Made by a program: the position numbers and the translations under genes
In this document: positions 36,489 to 46,487 of the stretch, piece by piece
Layout: the number at the start of each line of letters is the position of its first letter
Position numbering within the stretch: the first letter of the stretch is position 1
Origin: Candidatus Fraserbacteria bacterium
Lineage (GTDB): Bacteria > Bipolaricaulota > Bipolaricaulia > RBG-16-55-9 > DRXL01
NCBI GenBank assembly: GCA_947085185.1
Contig: CAMTVK010000017.1
Coordinates: forward strand, 32,001 to 96,000
DNA length: 64,000 nt
Direction: 5' to 3'
The notes under the pieces: generated by a model
Seen by the model: the letters and a program-made list of their open reading frames with translations, nothing else
Told to the model about the DNA's origin: nothing
The model's database searches: none

Positions 36489-39284
36489 ATGACCAGGGCC
36501 ATACGAAGAGTCTGGGTTGTGATGTGGGGTGTCGTGTTCGCTGTCTCTCTCGCGTGGGCGCAGCAGGCCCAGCACGATCGGTATCTGGTACAAGTCTCGT
36601 TGGACCCTGAAGACCGTCTGATCTCCGGGACGGCGACTATTGATTATACAAACGATTCTCAGACGGCACTCTCAGCACTGTATTTCTTGCTGATGCCCAA
36701 TTACAGCAGGGAGCCCAATCCCCATCTTGCTCCGGCAGTGCTCGATAGCGCTTACTGGAGCGGCTTTGATCCCGCTTGGATGAAAGTCTTTTCCGTCAAG
36801 ACACCCGATGGCACGGCACTGCGTTTCGCGTTGGAGCGTGGGCCCGATTGGTTCCAGACGTACTCGCTGGACGAGACGCTCCTGCGCATAGACTTGCTTC
36901 AACCTCTTGAGCCTGGCCAAAGATTGACGGTGGTCATCGAGTTTGAGACGAAGTTTCCGCATATCACTGGGCCGGATGAGGGCTTTCATAACGGGATCTT
37001 CACGTGGCGCTTCGGCTGGAGCCCCGTCCCCGTGCCCGCTTCCGAACTGATAGACGGACGCTATATCGCCCCAAGACCGTACTATAAGTTTCTCATGCCC
37101 GCGGCTCTGTATGAGCTGGAGCTGACGCTCCCCACCGAGTACACCGTGGCTGCGGGGGCCGATCGCCAAACGGAAGAGCCCCATCCTGAGCTGAAAGGCC
37201 AGAAGATCGTGCGAGTCTCTTCGGATGTCCCGGTGCGCTCCATCCCCATCCACATTGGAGAGAAGCTCAAGAAATATGAGCTCACCGAAGAGATCCCCAT
37301 CTTGGTCTACTATCGTCCAGGGCACGAGGCCAACGCCCGACTGCTCGCAACCTACGCCCAAGAGATCTTGCAATACTATCAGGTGCACTTCGGGCCGTAC
37401 GACTATAAGCGTCTCGTCATCGTCGAGTCTTCGTCCGATGGGTACTTTGGCATGGCTGCCGACGGCTTTATTATATTGGGCAGCTCGTTCTTCTTCGAGA
37501 AGGACTTGGGAGTAGCGGGGATGCTCGATCGGTTGACAGAATATATCCTCGCTCACGAGATAGCCCATCAATGGTGGGGCATCGGGATCGGGGTAGACTT
37601 GAACGCCGAGAATTTTCTCTCCGAGGCGTTTGCGGAGTATCTTGCCATCACATACTTTGAGGAGAAGTACGGGGAGTTCGGCCCCAATCTCATCCAGATG
37701 GAGCGCTCGGGGCTGTTAGAGAGATTCATTCAGTCGCAGTTGGGGTATCTCAATCTGCGTCGGCACTTGAGCGAGTTGCCCTATGTGCTGACGTACAAAG
37801 ATCGTTTCGATGAAGCGATCATCAAACCTCAGCAAGATGTGCGCTATGCGAACTATAGCGCGGTGCGGCTGTACAATAAGGGCTATCTCGTCTTGCGGGC
37901 GTTGCGCGGGCTCCTTGGGCACGAGACGATGAATCAAATCCTCCAAGCAGCACACGCCCGCTGGGCCCATAAAGTGATCAGTGTCGCGGAGTTTGAGAAC
38001 TTAGTCGAAGAGATCTCCGGGCAAGATTTTACAGAATTCTTCCAAGCGTGGCTCCATCGTGACGACGAGCCCACGCTCTATCTCGATTACGCCGTCACCA
38101 AGGTCGAGACGATCCCCCTCGAGCAGCGCTCCGATGACCGGTATCTCGTGCGCGTCACCTTGGAGCGCAAAGGGTCTATCAGCATGCCTGTCACGGTCGT
38201 GGCCGTCTCGGAGCTCGACGAGGAGTTCACCTACGTGTATGCGAGCGCTAAGCCCTCGGAGACTTGGGAGTTCCGCACCAAGCACCCCATCAAAGAGGTG
38301 CGCGTCGATCCGAAAGAGATCACTCCCGACGTCAATCGTCTGAATAATTATTTCCCTCAGCGGACGCGGGTCATCACCAACGGGGATAACGACCTGCCCT
38401 TGGACGCGTATCTCGTTCGCGTGAACCCGCTGGGACAGACAGTCGAGATCGGTTTCTTGAACGAATATCGCATTCTCATCGCCAACGGCTACGCCGCGGG
38501 ATGGCTCAATCTTGGGCGTGGGACGGTCGTCTCCGCTGCGGTGGCCCCCACGGGGACTGATATCTTCGGGGTGGTGAGCATCAGTTGGCTCTCGTTTGCC
38601 CAGCCCAATATAGGCTACCGTGGGGTCTACTGGGTGCCTCAAGAGCGCTTTGCGCTCACCGTCGCGCGAGTGCTCGACGCTCCGGAGGGGCCGACGGGCC
38701 CGGTTCTCCCCGTTGTCTTTGCCGCGTTCGATTACCAGCGCAGCGATGCGCTCCAGGGGCTCTATGCGCTGGGGCTGTCTCTGCGCCAGGGGCTTGATTT
38801 CTCTCAGCTCTCGCTGCAGGGGATCACGCGGATTCGTCTCTGGCCCAATGTCTATCTTGACGTGGCAGGGGACTTGGGGATGGGCTTCAACACTCGCGGA
38901 AGCTTTCGCTTTACTCTGAGCGAACTGAGCAGCTTCAAGAGCGTGAAGGGCTTCCCATTCACGGATCGGTTCCGGTGGCTGGGGTACGCTGAACTGAACT
39001 TCCCGCTCCAGCGCGAGATGGGATACAATCTCTTGAATCTCGCCTTGATCAACAAGCTCGACCAAGCGATCTACGTCATAGCTGCTCGCACGGCATCGAC
39101 GTTTGAGAGTTGGCTCAAGGCCGAAGATGCTAAAGTCGAAGCGGGCATTGAATTTCGCCTGCGCGGCACAAGCATAGGGGGGTTGCTGCCCTTCACGCTG
39201 CTGCTGCGCATCAGTTACCCAGTTGTTGGAGCTGCTCGGCAAGAGCAGATTCTATCTATCGGTATTGGAGTGGCGTTTGAATAA
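36489..39284 (+). CDS. Exported M1 family aminopeptidase fused to a C-terminal beta-barrel-like domain
   Basis: Signal peptide, HEIAHQWWG...LSEAFA, LYNKG, VRVDP...DVNRLNN; amphipathic beta strands ending GIGVAFE. Confidence 0.88.
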   Translation: MTRAIRRVWVVMWGVVFAVSLAWAQQAQHDRYLVQVSLDPEDRLISGTATIDYTNDSQTALSALYFLLMPNYSREPNPHLAPAVLDSAYWSGFDPAWMKVFSVKTPDGTALRFALERGPDWFQTYSLDETLLRIDLLQPLEPGQRLTVVIEFETKFPHITGPDEGFHNGIFTWRFGWSPVPVPASELIDGRYIAPRPYYKFLMPAALYELELTLPTEYTVAAGADRQTEEPHPELKGQKIVRVSSDVPVRSIPIHIGEKLKKYELTEEIPILVYYRPGHEANARLLATYAQEILQYYQVHFGPYDYKRLVIVESSSDGYFGMAADGFIILGSSFFFEKDLGVAGMLDRLTEYILAHEIAHQWWGIGIGVDLNAENFLSEAFAEYLAITYFEEKYGEFGPNLIQMERSGLLERFIQSQLGYLNLRRHLSELPYVLTYKDRFDEAIIKPQQDVRYANYSAVRLYNKGYLVLRALRGLLGHETMNQILQAAHARWAHKVISVAEFENLVEEISGQDFTEFFQAWLHRDDEPTLYLDYAVTKVETIPLEQRSDDRYLVRVTLERKGSISMPVTVVAVSELDEEFTYVYASAKPSETWEFRTKHPIKEVRVDPKEITPDVNRLNNYFPQRTRVITNGDNDLPLDAYLVRVNPLGQTVEIGFLNEYRILIANGYAAGWLNLGRGTVVSAAVAPTGTDIFGVVSISWLSFAQPNIGYRGVYWVPQERFALTVARVLDAPEGPTGPVLPVVFAAFDYQRSDALQGLYALGLSLRQGLDFSQLSLQGITRIRLWPNVYLDVAGDLGMGFNTRGSFRFTLSELSSFKSVKGFPFTDRFRWLGYAELNFPLQREMGYNLLNLALINKLDQAIYVIAARTASTFESWLKAEDAKVEAGIEFRLRGTSIGGLLPFTLLLRISYPVVGAARQEQILSIGIGVAFE

Positions 39285-41698
39285 TGCGCGTCCCGTGTAG
39301 ATGGCTGACGGAGTTCGTCTCGGTCTCTCTCGAGCAAGCTTTTGTGGAGGAGCTTGCGGAGCGGCTGACGCTGGCAGGGTTGGAAGTCGCTGCTGTCGAG
39401 CGCGTGGGAAGACCTGAGGGCGTCATCGTTGGGAGGATCGTGTCGGTCAGCCCCCATAAAGGCGCCGACCGACTCAAGATCTGCGAAGTCTCTGTAGGGC
39501 GCGAGACAATGCAGTTAGTCTCAGGCGCGCCCAATCTCACGGAAAATGCGTTAGTGCCGGTCATTCGTTCCGGAGGACGGCTGCCCAACGGGCAAGCCGT
39601 CGAGGCCGTCGTCTTCCGTGGCGCACGATCCGAGGGGATGATCTGCTCCCGCGCCGAGCTAGGGCTCGAAGAGAAATCCTCCGGGGTGTGGATCTTAGAG
39701 CCGGAGCTGGGCTGTCAAGTCGGCCACGACTTTGCTCAGTATCTTGAATTCGATGACTTTATTTTAGTTTTAGAGACAAAATCTAATAGACCCGATGCGC
39801 TGAGCGTGCTCGGGGTCGCCCGCGAGATCAGCGCGCTCTACGATCTCGATCTGAAAAAGCCAGAGACAACCGTCAGCGAGGGCATGGAGAAGATCGAGTC
39901 TCTTGCTTCAGTCGAGATCGAGGACGCGCAGGGCTGCCCGCGCTACGCAGCTCGTATCTTTAGCGATCTGCGCTGGGGGCCGTCTCCGTTAAAGATTCAG
40001 CATAGATTGGTGAAGGGCGGGCTGCGCCCTATCAGTAACATTGTCGACGCGACAAATTACGTGTTGTTAGAACTGGGGCACCCTACGCACGCGTTCGACT
40101 ATGAGAAGCTCGAGGGGCACAAGATCATAGTACGTCGAGCGCGCCCCACCGAGAAGATCACGACGCTCGATGGCATAGAGCGCGCGCTTAGCGTCCATGA
40201 TTTAGTGATTGCGGACGCGCGCAAGCCCGTGGCTGTCGCTGGGGTCATGGGCGGAGCCGACAGCGAAGTCTCGGAGCAGACCCACAGAGTCTTGCTCGAA
40301 TCGGCGTATTTCGATGCGATCTCTATTCGGCGGACGTCCAAGCGCCTTGGGTTGCGCACCGAAGCCAGCCACCGCTTCGAGCGCGACATGGATCCAGATA
40401 TTCTCATTGCCGCTTTAGATCGAGTAGGAATGCTGTTGCAGCACTGGGGATCGTGCTCTGTTGCGCGTGGCGTGATAGACGTCTATCCGAAGAAGATCGA
40501 GCGTCGCGCGGCGGTGCTGCGGGCCGCGCGCATCGAGAAGATTCTTGGGGTCTCTATTCCCGGTGAGCGCGTGGAAAACATCTTAAAGCGCCTTGAATTC
40601 TCTGTCGAGCGCGAGGGGCCTGATCGCTGGCGCGTCGAAGTTCCAAGCTTTCGAAGAGAAGTGGAACGCGAGATAGATCTCATCGAAGAGATTGGGCGCA
40701 TCTACGGCTATGAGAAGATCCCTGCGGAGCGTCCGGCGCTCCCCTTGGCAGCGGGCCGCCGCGAGCGTGTCGAAGAACTCAAAGACAGAATCAGAAAGAT
40801 TCTCACGGGGCTGGGAGTGAGCGAGGCCGTCAACTTCGGGTTTCTCTCCAAGGAAGACAGCGAGATCTTTGGAATTGTGGCGAGCGATCTTGTGCAGTTG
40901 CGCAACCCCATGAGTGATGAGTCCTATGCGCTGCGGCCGACCCTGTGGCCAGGGCTGGTCCATAATCTCCAGCATAATGCGTACCAACAAGTCGATGGTG
41001 TTCGGCTCTTTGAGATCGGCAAAGTCTTTCGCCGTGAAGGGAGCATGGTGCGTGAGCGCTTAGCTGTAGGGGTGGTCGTGGCCGGACGTGCCCTGGTGCC
41101 CTTGCAGGGGCGCGCGCAGCTCTATGACTTCTATGACGTGAAGGGGATAGCCGAGACGCTCTTGATGGAGCTTGGGCTGAAGAATTTTTCGTTTGAGCCA
41201 AGCCATGAAAAAGCCTTGCATCCCACGCGCCAGGCGCTCCTCAAAGCCAAAGACGATGTGCTCGGCATTCTGGGTGAGCTGCACCCGGATATCGCGCAGC
41301 ATTACGATCTGCCCTGGCGAGTGTATCTGCTTGAGATGCATCTCGAAGAGATCTACCAACGGTTGCAGACGCTCTCGATGCCGTTATGGTCAGAGGTGCA
41401 ACAGAAGATAACCCCAAGATATCCTGCGTCACGGCGTGATCTGTCGTTGCTGGTCCCAGAAAGTGTGCCCGAAGCGCAGGTGCGTCGGATCTTGGAGAGC
41501 GAGCGTCGGGTGGAGCGCGTCTTCCTGTACGACTTATATAGGGGCGATCAGATCCCCCAGGGCATGAAGAGCTTGACGTATGAGATCACGTTCAGGGATT
41601 GGAACAAGACGCTCAGCGACGAAGAAGTCCACGAGATGGTCGAGCGCATGGCCGCACGGCTGCGAGATGAGCTAGGTGTCCAGATCAGAAGGGAGTGA
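39284..41698 (+). CDS. pheT: Phenylalanine--tRNA ligase beta subunit
   Basis: GAPN, SEGMICS, NRPDALS..GVAREI, VDATNY, HAFD, RFER, DLIEEIGRIYGY, RRDLS. Confidence 0.98.
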   Translation: MRVPCRWLTEFVSVSLEQAFVEELAERLTLAGLEVAAVERVGRPEGVIVGRIVSVSPHKGADRLKICEVSVGRETMQLVSGAPNLTENALVPVIRSGGRLPNGQAVEAVVFRGARSEGMICSRAELGLEEKSSGVWILEPELGCQVGHDFAQYLEFDDFILVLETKSNRPDALSVLGVAREISALYDLDLKKPETTVSEGMEKIESLASVEIEDAQGCPRYAARIFSDLRWGPSPLKIQHRLVKGGLRPISNIVDATNYVLLELGHPTHAFDYEKLEGHKIIVRRARPTEKITTLDGIERALSVHDLVIADARKPVAVAGVMGGADSEVSEQTHRVLLESAYFDAISIRRTSKRLGLRTEASHRFERDMDPDILIAALDRVGMLLQHWGSCSVARGVIDVYPKKIERRAAVLRAARIEKILGVSIPGERVENILKRLEFSVEREGPDRWRVEVPSFRREVEREIDLIEEIGRIYGYEKIPAERPALPLAAGRRERVEELKDRIRKILTGLGVSEAVNFGFLSKEDSEIFGIVASDLVQLRNPMSDESYALRPTLWPGLVHNLQHNAYQQVDGVRLFEIGKVFRREGSMVRERLAVGVVVAGRALVPLQGRAQLYDFYDVKGIAETLLMELGLKNFSFEPSHEKALHPTRQALLKAKDDVLGILGELHPDIAQHYDLPWRVYLLEMHLEEIYQRLQTLSMPLWSEVQQKITPRYPASRRDLSLLVPESVPEAQVRRILESERRVERVFLYDLYRGDQIPQGMKSLTYEITFRDWNKTLSDEEVHEMVERMAARLRDELGVQIRRE

Positions 41699-42582
41699 GT
41701 ATGCTCATCGCGCGTACTATTGCTGAGACGCGCGCGGCCCTCAGCCACGCTCGCGCCCACGGCAAGCGCATTGGCTTTGTGCCCACCATGGGGTATCTGC
41801 ACGAGGGGCACCTGAAGCTCATAGATATAGCGCGGCAACACAGCGACTTTGTCGTGGTCAGCATCTTCGTCAACCCCACGCAGTTTGGTCCTACGGAAGA
41901 CTTTGCCCAATACCCTAGAGACTTCGAGCGCGATCGCAAGCTCTGCGAGGCGCGCGGCACAGATCTCATCTTCGCTCCAGAAGTCTCGGAGATGTACCCC
42001 GAACGCTCGCTTATCACATTTCAGATTGAAAAATTAGCCGATCATCTCTGTGGGGCACGGCGACCGGGGCACTTTGCCGGGGTCGTCTTGGTGGTGAGCA
42101 AGCTTTTGCATATTATTCAGCCCGATATTGCCGTGTTCGGACAAAAAGACGCACAGCAGCTCATTATTATTAAGAGACTCGTCCAAGACTTGAACTTCCC
42201 CGTCAAGATTATCGCTGCCCCCACGGTGCGCGAGCGCGACGGCTTGGCCATGAGCAGCCGGAATGTCTATTTAGATCCTGAGCAGCGGGCGCAGAGCGCC
42301 GTGCTCTATAAGTCTCTGCAAAGAGCTAAAGATCTTATCACATCTGGGGAGCGCGACGCAAAGAGAGTCATCGTCGAGATAGAACGAGTGATCGCGACGG
42401 CGAGTGCAGCCCAGATAGACTATATCGAGATCGTGCGTGTCGCCGACTTGCAGCCCATCGAGAAGCTAGAGGGGCTCGTTTTGATCGCGCTGGCGGTCTA
42501 CTTCGGCAGGGCGAGATTAATAGATAATATGATACTCGACGTGAGCGCCCACGCCGTGCGCGAGATCCCTGCTCTTTCTTAG
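41695..42582 (+). CDS. panC: Pantoate--beta-alanine ligase
   Basis: VPTMGYLHEGH, SIFVNPTQF, FGQKDAQQ, GLAMSSRN, RLIDN. Confidence 0.98.
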   Translation: MSMLIARTIAETRAALSHARAHGKRIGFVPTMGYLHEGHLKLIDIARQHSDFVVVSIFVNPTQFGPTEDFAQYPRDFERDRKLCEARGTDLIFAPEVSEMYPERSLITFQIEKLADHLCGARRPGHFAGVVLVVSKLLHIIQPDIAVFGQKDAQQLIIIKRLVQDLNFPVKIIAAPTVRERDGLAMSSRNVYLDPEQRAQSAVLYKSLQRAKDLITSGERDAKRVIVEIERVIATASAAQIDYIEIVRVADLQPIEKLEGLVLIALAVYFGRARLIDNMILDVSAHAVREIPALS

Positions 42583-42588
42583 AATCTT

Positions 42589-43287
42589 CTATGTATGCTC
42601 TCGCAGTGACTCTATAACGAGGGTGATCTCGCCCTTGACCGTTGGGCGCTTCCGGAGAGTTTCGAGCACTTCAGCTGCCGTCCCTCGCACTATCTCTTCG
42701 TGGATTTTCGTGAGCTCGCGACAGAGCGCGATCTGTCTGTCCGAGAGAAGCTCGCTCATCACTTCAAGAGTGTCGAGCACACGATGGGGGGATTCGTAGA
42801 GCACGATCGTTCGGGGTTCTTGGGCAAGGTGCGCGAAAAACTCGCGCTTCGCTTTGGACTTCTTCGGCGGCACCCCTGCAAAGACGAAGCTCTCGCTAGA
42901 AAATCCCGAGACGATCAACGCGGTGATGAGCGCCGTCGGCCCAGGAATGGGTATCACTGAGATATTCTCGGCGATAGCGCGCCGGACCAGCCCATATCCT
43001 GGATCGGAGATCAGCGGGGTTCCTGCGTCGCAGATGAGTGCGATCCGTGCCCCCTCTTTGAGCTTCTCTATAAAATATTCGACGCGCTCGCGCTCCACCC
43101 CACGATATAAGCTGCGCCCGAAGGGCTTTTCAATCCCATAGTGAGCCAAGAGCTGTCGGGAGCGCCGCGTGTCTTCGGCGATGATGAGATCGCACTCTTT
43201 GAGAATCCTCAATGCCCGCAGCGTGATGTCCTCTAGGTTTCCAATGGGCGTGGCGACAATATACAGAGTGCCGGTTGCATGACTCAC
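42589..43287 (-). CDS. rsmI: 16S rRNA C1402 2'-O-methyltransferase
   Basis: LYIVATPIGNLEDIT, AEDTR, DAGTPLISDPG, YESPHR, RELTKIHEE; GTG start 6 nt after TATGAT. Confidence 0.96.
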   Translation of the reverse strand: MSHATGTLYIVATPIGNLEDITLRALRILKECDLIIAEDTRRSRQLLAHYGIEKPFGRSLYRGVERERVEYFIEKLKEGARIALICDAGTPLISDPGYGLVRRAIAENISVIPIPGPTALITALIVSGFSSESFVFAGVPPKKSKAKREFFAHLAQEPRTIVLYESPHRVLDTLEVMSELLSDRQIALCRELTKIHEEIVRGTAAEVLETLRKRPTVKGEITLVIESLREHT

Positions 43288-43333
43288 AAGACCATCATAG
43301 AATACTGTCGGGAGTCTATGCAAGGAGGAAGAG

Positions 43334-44405
43334 ATGTTGCAGGAACTTCGCGATCGTTTGAACCAGATCGCTGATCGCCTTTGACTTAGCTGCACTCGAA
43401 GCTGAGCTCAAGAGCCTCGAAGACCAAATGAGTGCTCCTGGCTTTTGGGAGGACAAGCACCGTGCCAAACTGATCGCTCAACAAGTGGAGCAGAAGCGTC
43501 GTATCATCCAGAAATATAAAGCCCTCGAGACGCAGCTGGATGATCTGGAAGTGCTGGAGGAGCTCGGCAAGGCCGAGGATGACCCTTCAGTCGAGCGAGA
43601 AGTTCAGCTGGGCACGCAAGAGTTGGAGAAGCGTTTGGCAGCGCTAGAGCTCGAAGCTTTTCTCAACGAGCCCTACGATGCGAACGATTGTTATCTGTCT
43701 ATCAATGCTGGCGCCGGGGGCACGGACGCCCAAGATTGGGCTGAGATGCTCCTGAGAATGTATCTGAGATATATCGAGCGGCGCGGTTGGCGCGCGAGCA
43801 TCATCGAAGTGAGCCCCGGAGAGGTCGCGGGGATCAAGAGCGCCACGGTCGAAGTTCAGGGGCCCTATGCGTATGGGTATTTGAAAGCCGAGCGCGGCGT
43901 CCATCGTTTGGTGAGGATCTCCCCGTTTGATGCCAACGCCCGACGGCATACGTCGTTTGCTGCCGTGACGGTCGTTCCTAAGGTCGAGGAAGCTGATGTC
44001 GAGATTCGCCCTGAAGATCTCAAGGTGGACACGTTTCGTGCTGGAGGCGCTGGGGGGCAGTACGTCAACAAGACCGAATCGGCCGTAAGGATTACGCACT
44101 TGCCCACGGGGATCGTGGTGACGTGTCAGCGGGAGCGTAGTCAACAACAGAACAAAGAGATCGCGCTCGAAGTCTTAGCGGCGCGGCTCTATGAGCTGAA
44201 GCTGCGCGAAAAAGAGCAAGAGATCGCGAAAGTGCGCGGGGAGCTGCGTTCGATCGAGTGGGGCAGTCAGATTCGTTCGTATGTCTTGCAGCCGTATCAA
44301 TTAGTCAAAGACCATCGTACGGAGATTGAAGTGGGCAATGTGCAGGCTGTTTTGGACGGCGAGCTCGATCTCTTCATTGAGGGGTATCTAAGACGGAAGC
44401 GCTAG
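43334..44405 (+). CDS. prfB: Peptide chain release factor 2, with programmed +1 frameshift at CTT-TGA-C (43379-43385)
   Basis: AAGGAGG SD, ATG 43334, 16 codons ending CTT TGA; the +1 frame continues DLAALE... into the ORF with SPF and GGQ motifs. Confidence 0.96.
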
Positions 44406-44410
44406 CTCTT

Positions 44411-45184
44411 GTGCTGTTCTTCGCGGCCATTGCCATCGGGTGGGTGGCGAGCATGGTCGGGGTCGGTGGTGGGATTTTTATGGTCCCGCTACTCGTCTTT
44501 TTGAATCTTGTCGGCACCACACAAGAAGCCGTGGGCACAAGCTTGGCCGCGATTGTGTTTAACTCGATCTCCAGCACAGTCGCCTACTCTCGCCAGAAGA
44601 AAATAGACTATAGATTCGCGCTGGCGCTGCTGCCGCTGGCATTGGTAGGGGCCTGGCTTGGCGCGTTTCTCACGGAGTTCGTCTCGAGTGATGTTTTAGC
44701 TATTGCGTTTGGGGCGCTCTTGCTCTATGTTTCTGGGCTGATGCTCGCGGGGAGGGAGCCCAAAGAGCTGGGGCTCTTGCTGCGGCGTGGCCTTGACCCC
44801 CAGGGGAATCCCAAGCCCGCGCTGGGGGCGCTGGTAGGACTTATTGCTGGGATTGCTGCGGGGTTTTTCGGGATCGGCGGGGGGATCGTGATGGTGCCAG
44901 CTATGAATATCTTTTTGGGAGTAGATATTGTCAGCGCTGTTGCCACGAGTCTCTTTGTCATGGGGCCGTCGTCGCTCATCGCGGCGATCACGCATTTTTT
45001 TCAGGGCAATCTTCACATAGATTTAGCGATCCCGTTAGCGCTCGGAATTATCATTGGGGCGCAGCTGGGAGCGTGGAGCACGACGAGGGTCTCGAAGATC
45101 TTTCTCAGACGATTCTTTGGGGTAGTATTGCTCTACTCGGCGATCAATATGATTGGGAAGGGCGTGCGCGGTTTGATATTATAG
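44411..45184 (+). CDS. Sulfite exporter TauE/SafE family membrane protein
   Basis: GVGGG..MVP, AVGTSL and duplicated GIGGG..MVP, AVATSL. Confidence 0.92.
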   Translation: MLFFAAIAIGWVASMVGVGGGIFMVPLLVFLNLVGTTQEAVGTSLAAIVFNSISSTVAYSRQKKIDYRFALALLPLALVGAWLGAFLTEFVSSDVLAIAFGALLLYVSGLMLAGREPKELGLLLRRGLDPQGNPKPALGALVGLIAGIAAGFFGIGGGIVMVPAMNIFLGVDIVSAVATSLFVMGPSSLIAAITHFFQGNLHIDLAIPLALGIIIGAQLGAWSTTRVSKIFLRRFFGVVLLYSAINMIGKGVRGLIL

Positions 45185-45189
45185 ATTCT

Positions 45190-45825
45190 ATGAAAATCGC
45201 TATTGACGGTCCAGCTGGGTCGGGCAAGACGAGCGTCGCCCGCACGCTGGCTCAGCACTTTGGGTGTCTCTTTGTGAACACCGGCGCGATGTACCGGGCT
45301 GTGGCTCTTGGGCTCTCCCAAGGGCTGAAACTCTCTGAAGTACAGATAGAAATCCGCCCCGATGAGCGCGTCTTGCTCAACGGCTCGGACGTCACAGATA
45401 AGCTCTATACCCCAGAGATAGATGAACTTGCTTCTCAAGTCGCAGCTCGACCTGAAGTCCGAGAGGTTCTCATCGCCCAGCAGCGGGCGCTCGCCCGCGA
45501 CCGCGACGTCGTCATGGAGGGGCGCGATATCGGCTCGGTCGTCCTTCCCGATGCCGACGTCAAGATCTACCTTGAGGCTTCTGTGGAAGAGCGCGCGCGA
45601 CGCCGCTGTCAGGAGCGCCCCAACCAGCCCTATGAAGACGTGTTGGCCCAGCTGCGCGCGCGCGACGCCCGCGACGGTCAAGGCTTCGGGCGCTTGCAGA
45701 TCGCCCCAGATACTCTAGTTATTCGCACTGATGGCCGCACCCTCGACGATGTCATTGCCGAGGCCGTGCGGGCCGTGGAGTCGGCGTTGCAGAAGCGGGG
45801 ACTGTCTGGTAAACTGAACGGGTGA
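45190..45825 (+). CDS. cmk: Cytidylate kinase
   Basis: IAIDGPAGSGK, TGAMYRAVA, VMEGRDIG, RDARD. Confidence 0.96.
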   Translation: MKIAIDGPAGSGKTSVARTLAQHFGCLFVNTGAMYRAVALGLSQGLKLSEVQIEIRPDERVLLNGSDVTDKLYTPEIDELASQVAARPEVREVLIAQQRALARDRDVVMEGRDIGSVVLPDADVKIYLEASVEERARRRCQERPNQPYEDVLAQLRARDARDGQGFGRLQIAPDTLVIRTDGRTLDDVIAEAVRAVESALQKRGLSGKLNG

Positions 45826-46487
45826 ACGCGGCCGAAGCCATCAAGGGGTTCTTCTACTGGCTCCTGGCACCTGTCTTGGGTGTGGTCGTGCGGGCCTTGT
45901 TTCGGTTGCGGGTGCGCGGCCTGGAGAACCTCCCTCAGCACGGTGGATTTCTCTTGGTAGCGCGCCATCGCAGCTACTGGGATATCCCGCTGCTTATAAC
46001 TGTGCTGGGCCATCGGCGTCGCATCTACTTTGTCGCGCGCAAGACGCTGCTGGACGAGAACCCTTTCCTGGCCTTCTGGGTGCGCCACTACGCGATTCCA
46101 ATCAATCGGGAACACTTTCAGGTGGAGGACTTGCGCAAGGTGCTTGAAGCCATCAGATCGGGTAAGATCGTGGGGATCTTCCCCGAGGGGACAACTCAGA
46201 ACCCCCAACGGGCTCATCCGGGGGTCATTCGCTTTGCCGAGCGCACCGGCAGCGAGTTCGTCGCGGTGCGCTTTGAAGCCCGCGGGCCCTATCCCCCTAA
46301 ATATCCGTTCCGCTGGCCTCAGATCACAGCATATATTAGCACGCCGTTCAGCTTGAGAGATTTGGAGTTCGATCTGACCGGGACGGAAAGCCGTCATGAA
46401 CGCTATCAAAAGCTCGCGGATCTCTTGATGGAGCGTATAGATCGCGTGGAGCTGGAACGTGCCCCAATATTTCAGGAGGGCCTATGA
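45822..46487 (+). CDS. plsC: 1-acyl-sn-glycerol-3-phosphate acyltransferase
   Basis: HRSYWD (HX4D), IFPEGT. Confidence 0.9.
   Translation: MNAAEAIKGFFYWLLAPVLGVVVRALFRLRVRGLENLPQHGGFLLVARHRSYWDIPLLITVLGHRRRIYFVARKTLLDENPFLAFWVRHYAIPINREHFQVEDLRKVLEAIRSGKIVGIFPEGTTQNPQRAHPGVIRFAERTGSEFVAVRFEARGPYPPKYPFRWPQITAYISTPFSLRDLEFDLTGTESRHERYQKLADLLMERIDRVELERAPIFQEGL

Noticed and set aside
38001..39242. Long antisense ORFs (e.g. 413 aa here, also 36672-37571 and 35345-36079)
   Set aside because: Shadows of well-supported genes, expected at this GC content; no motifs or RBS.
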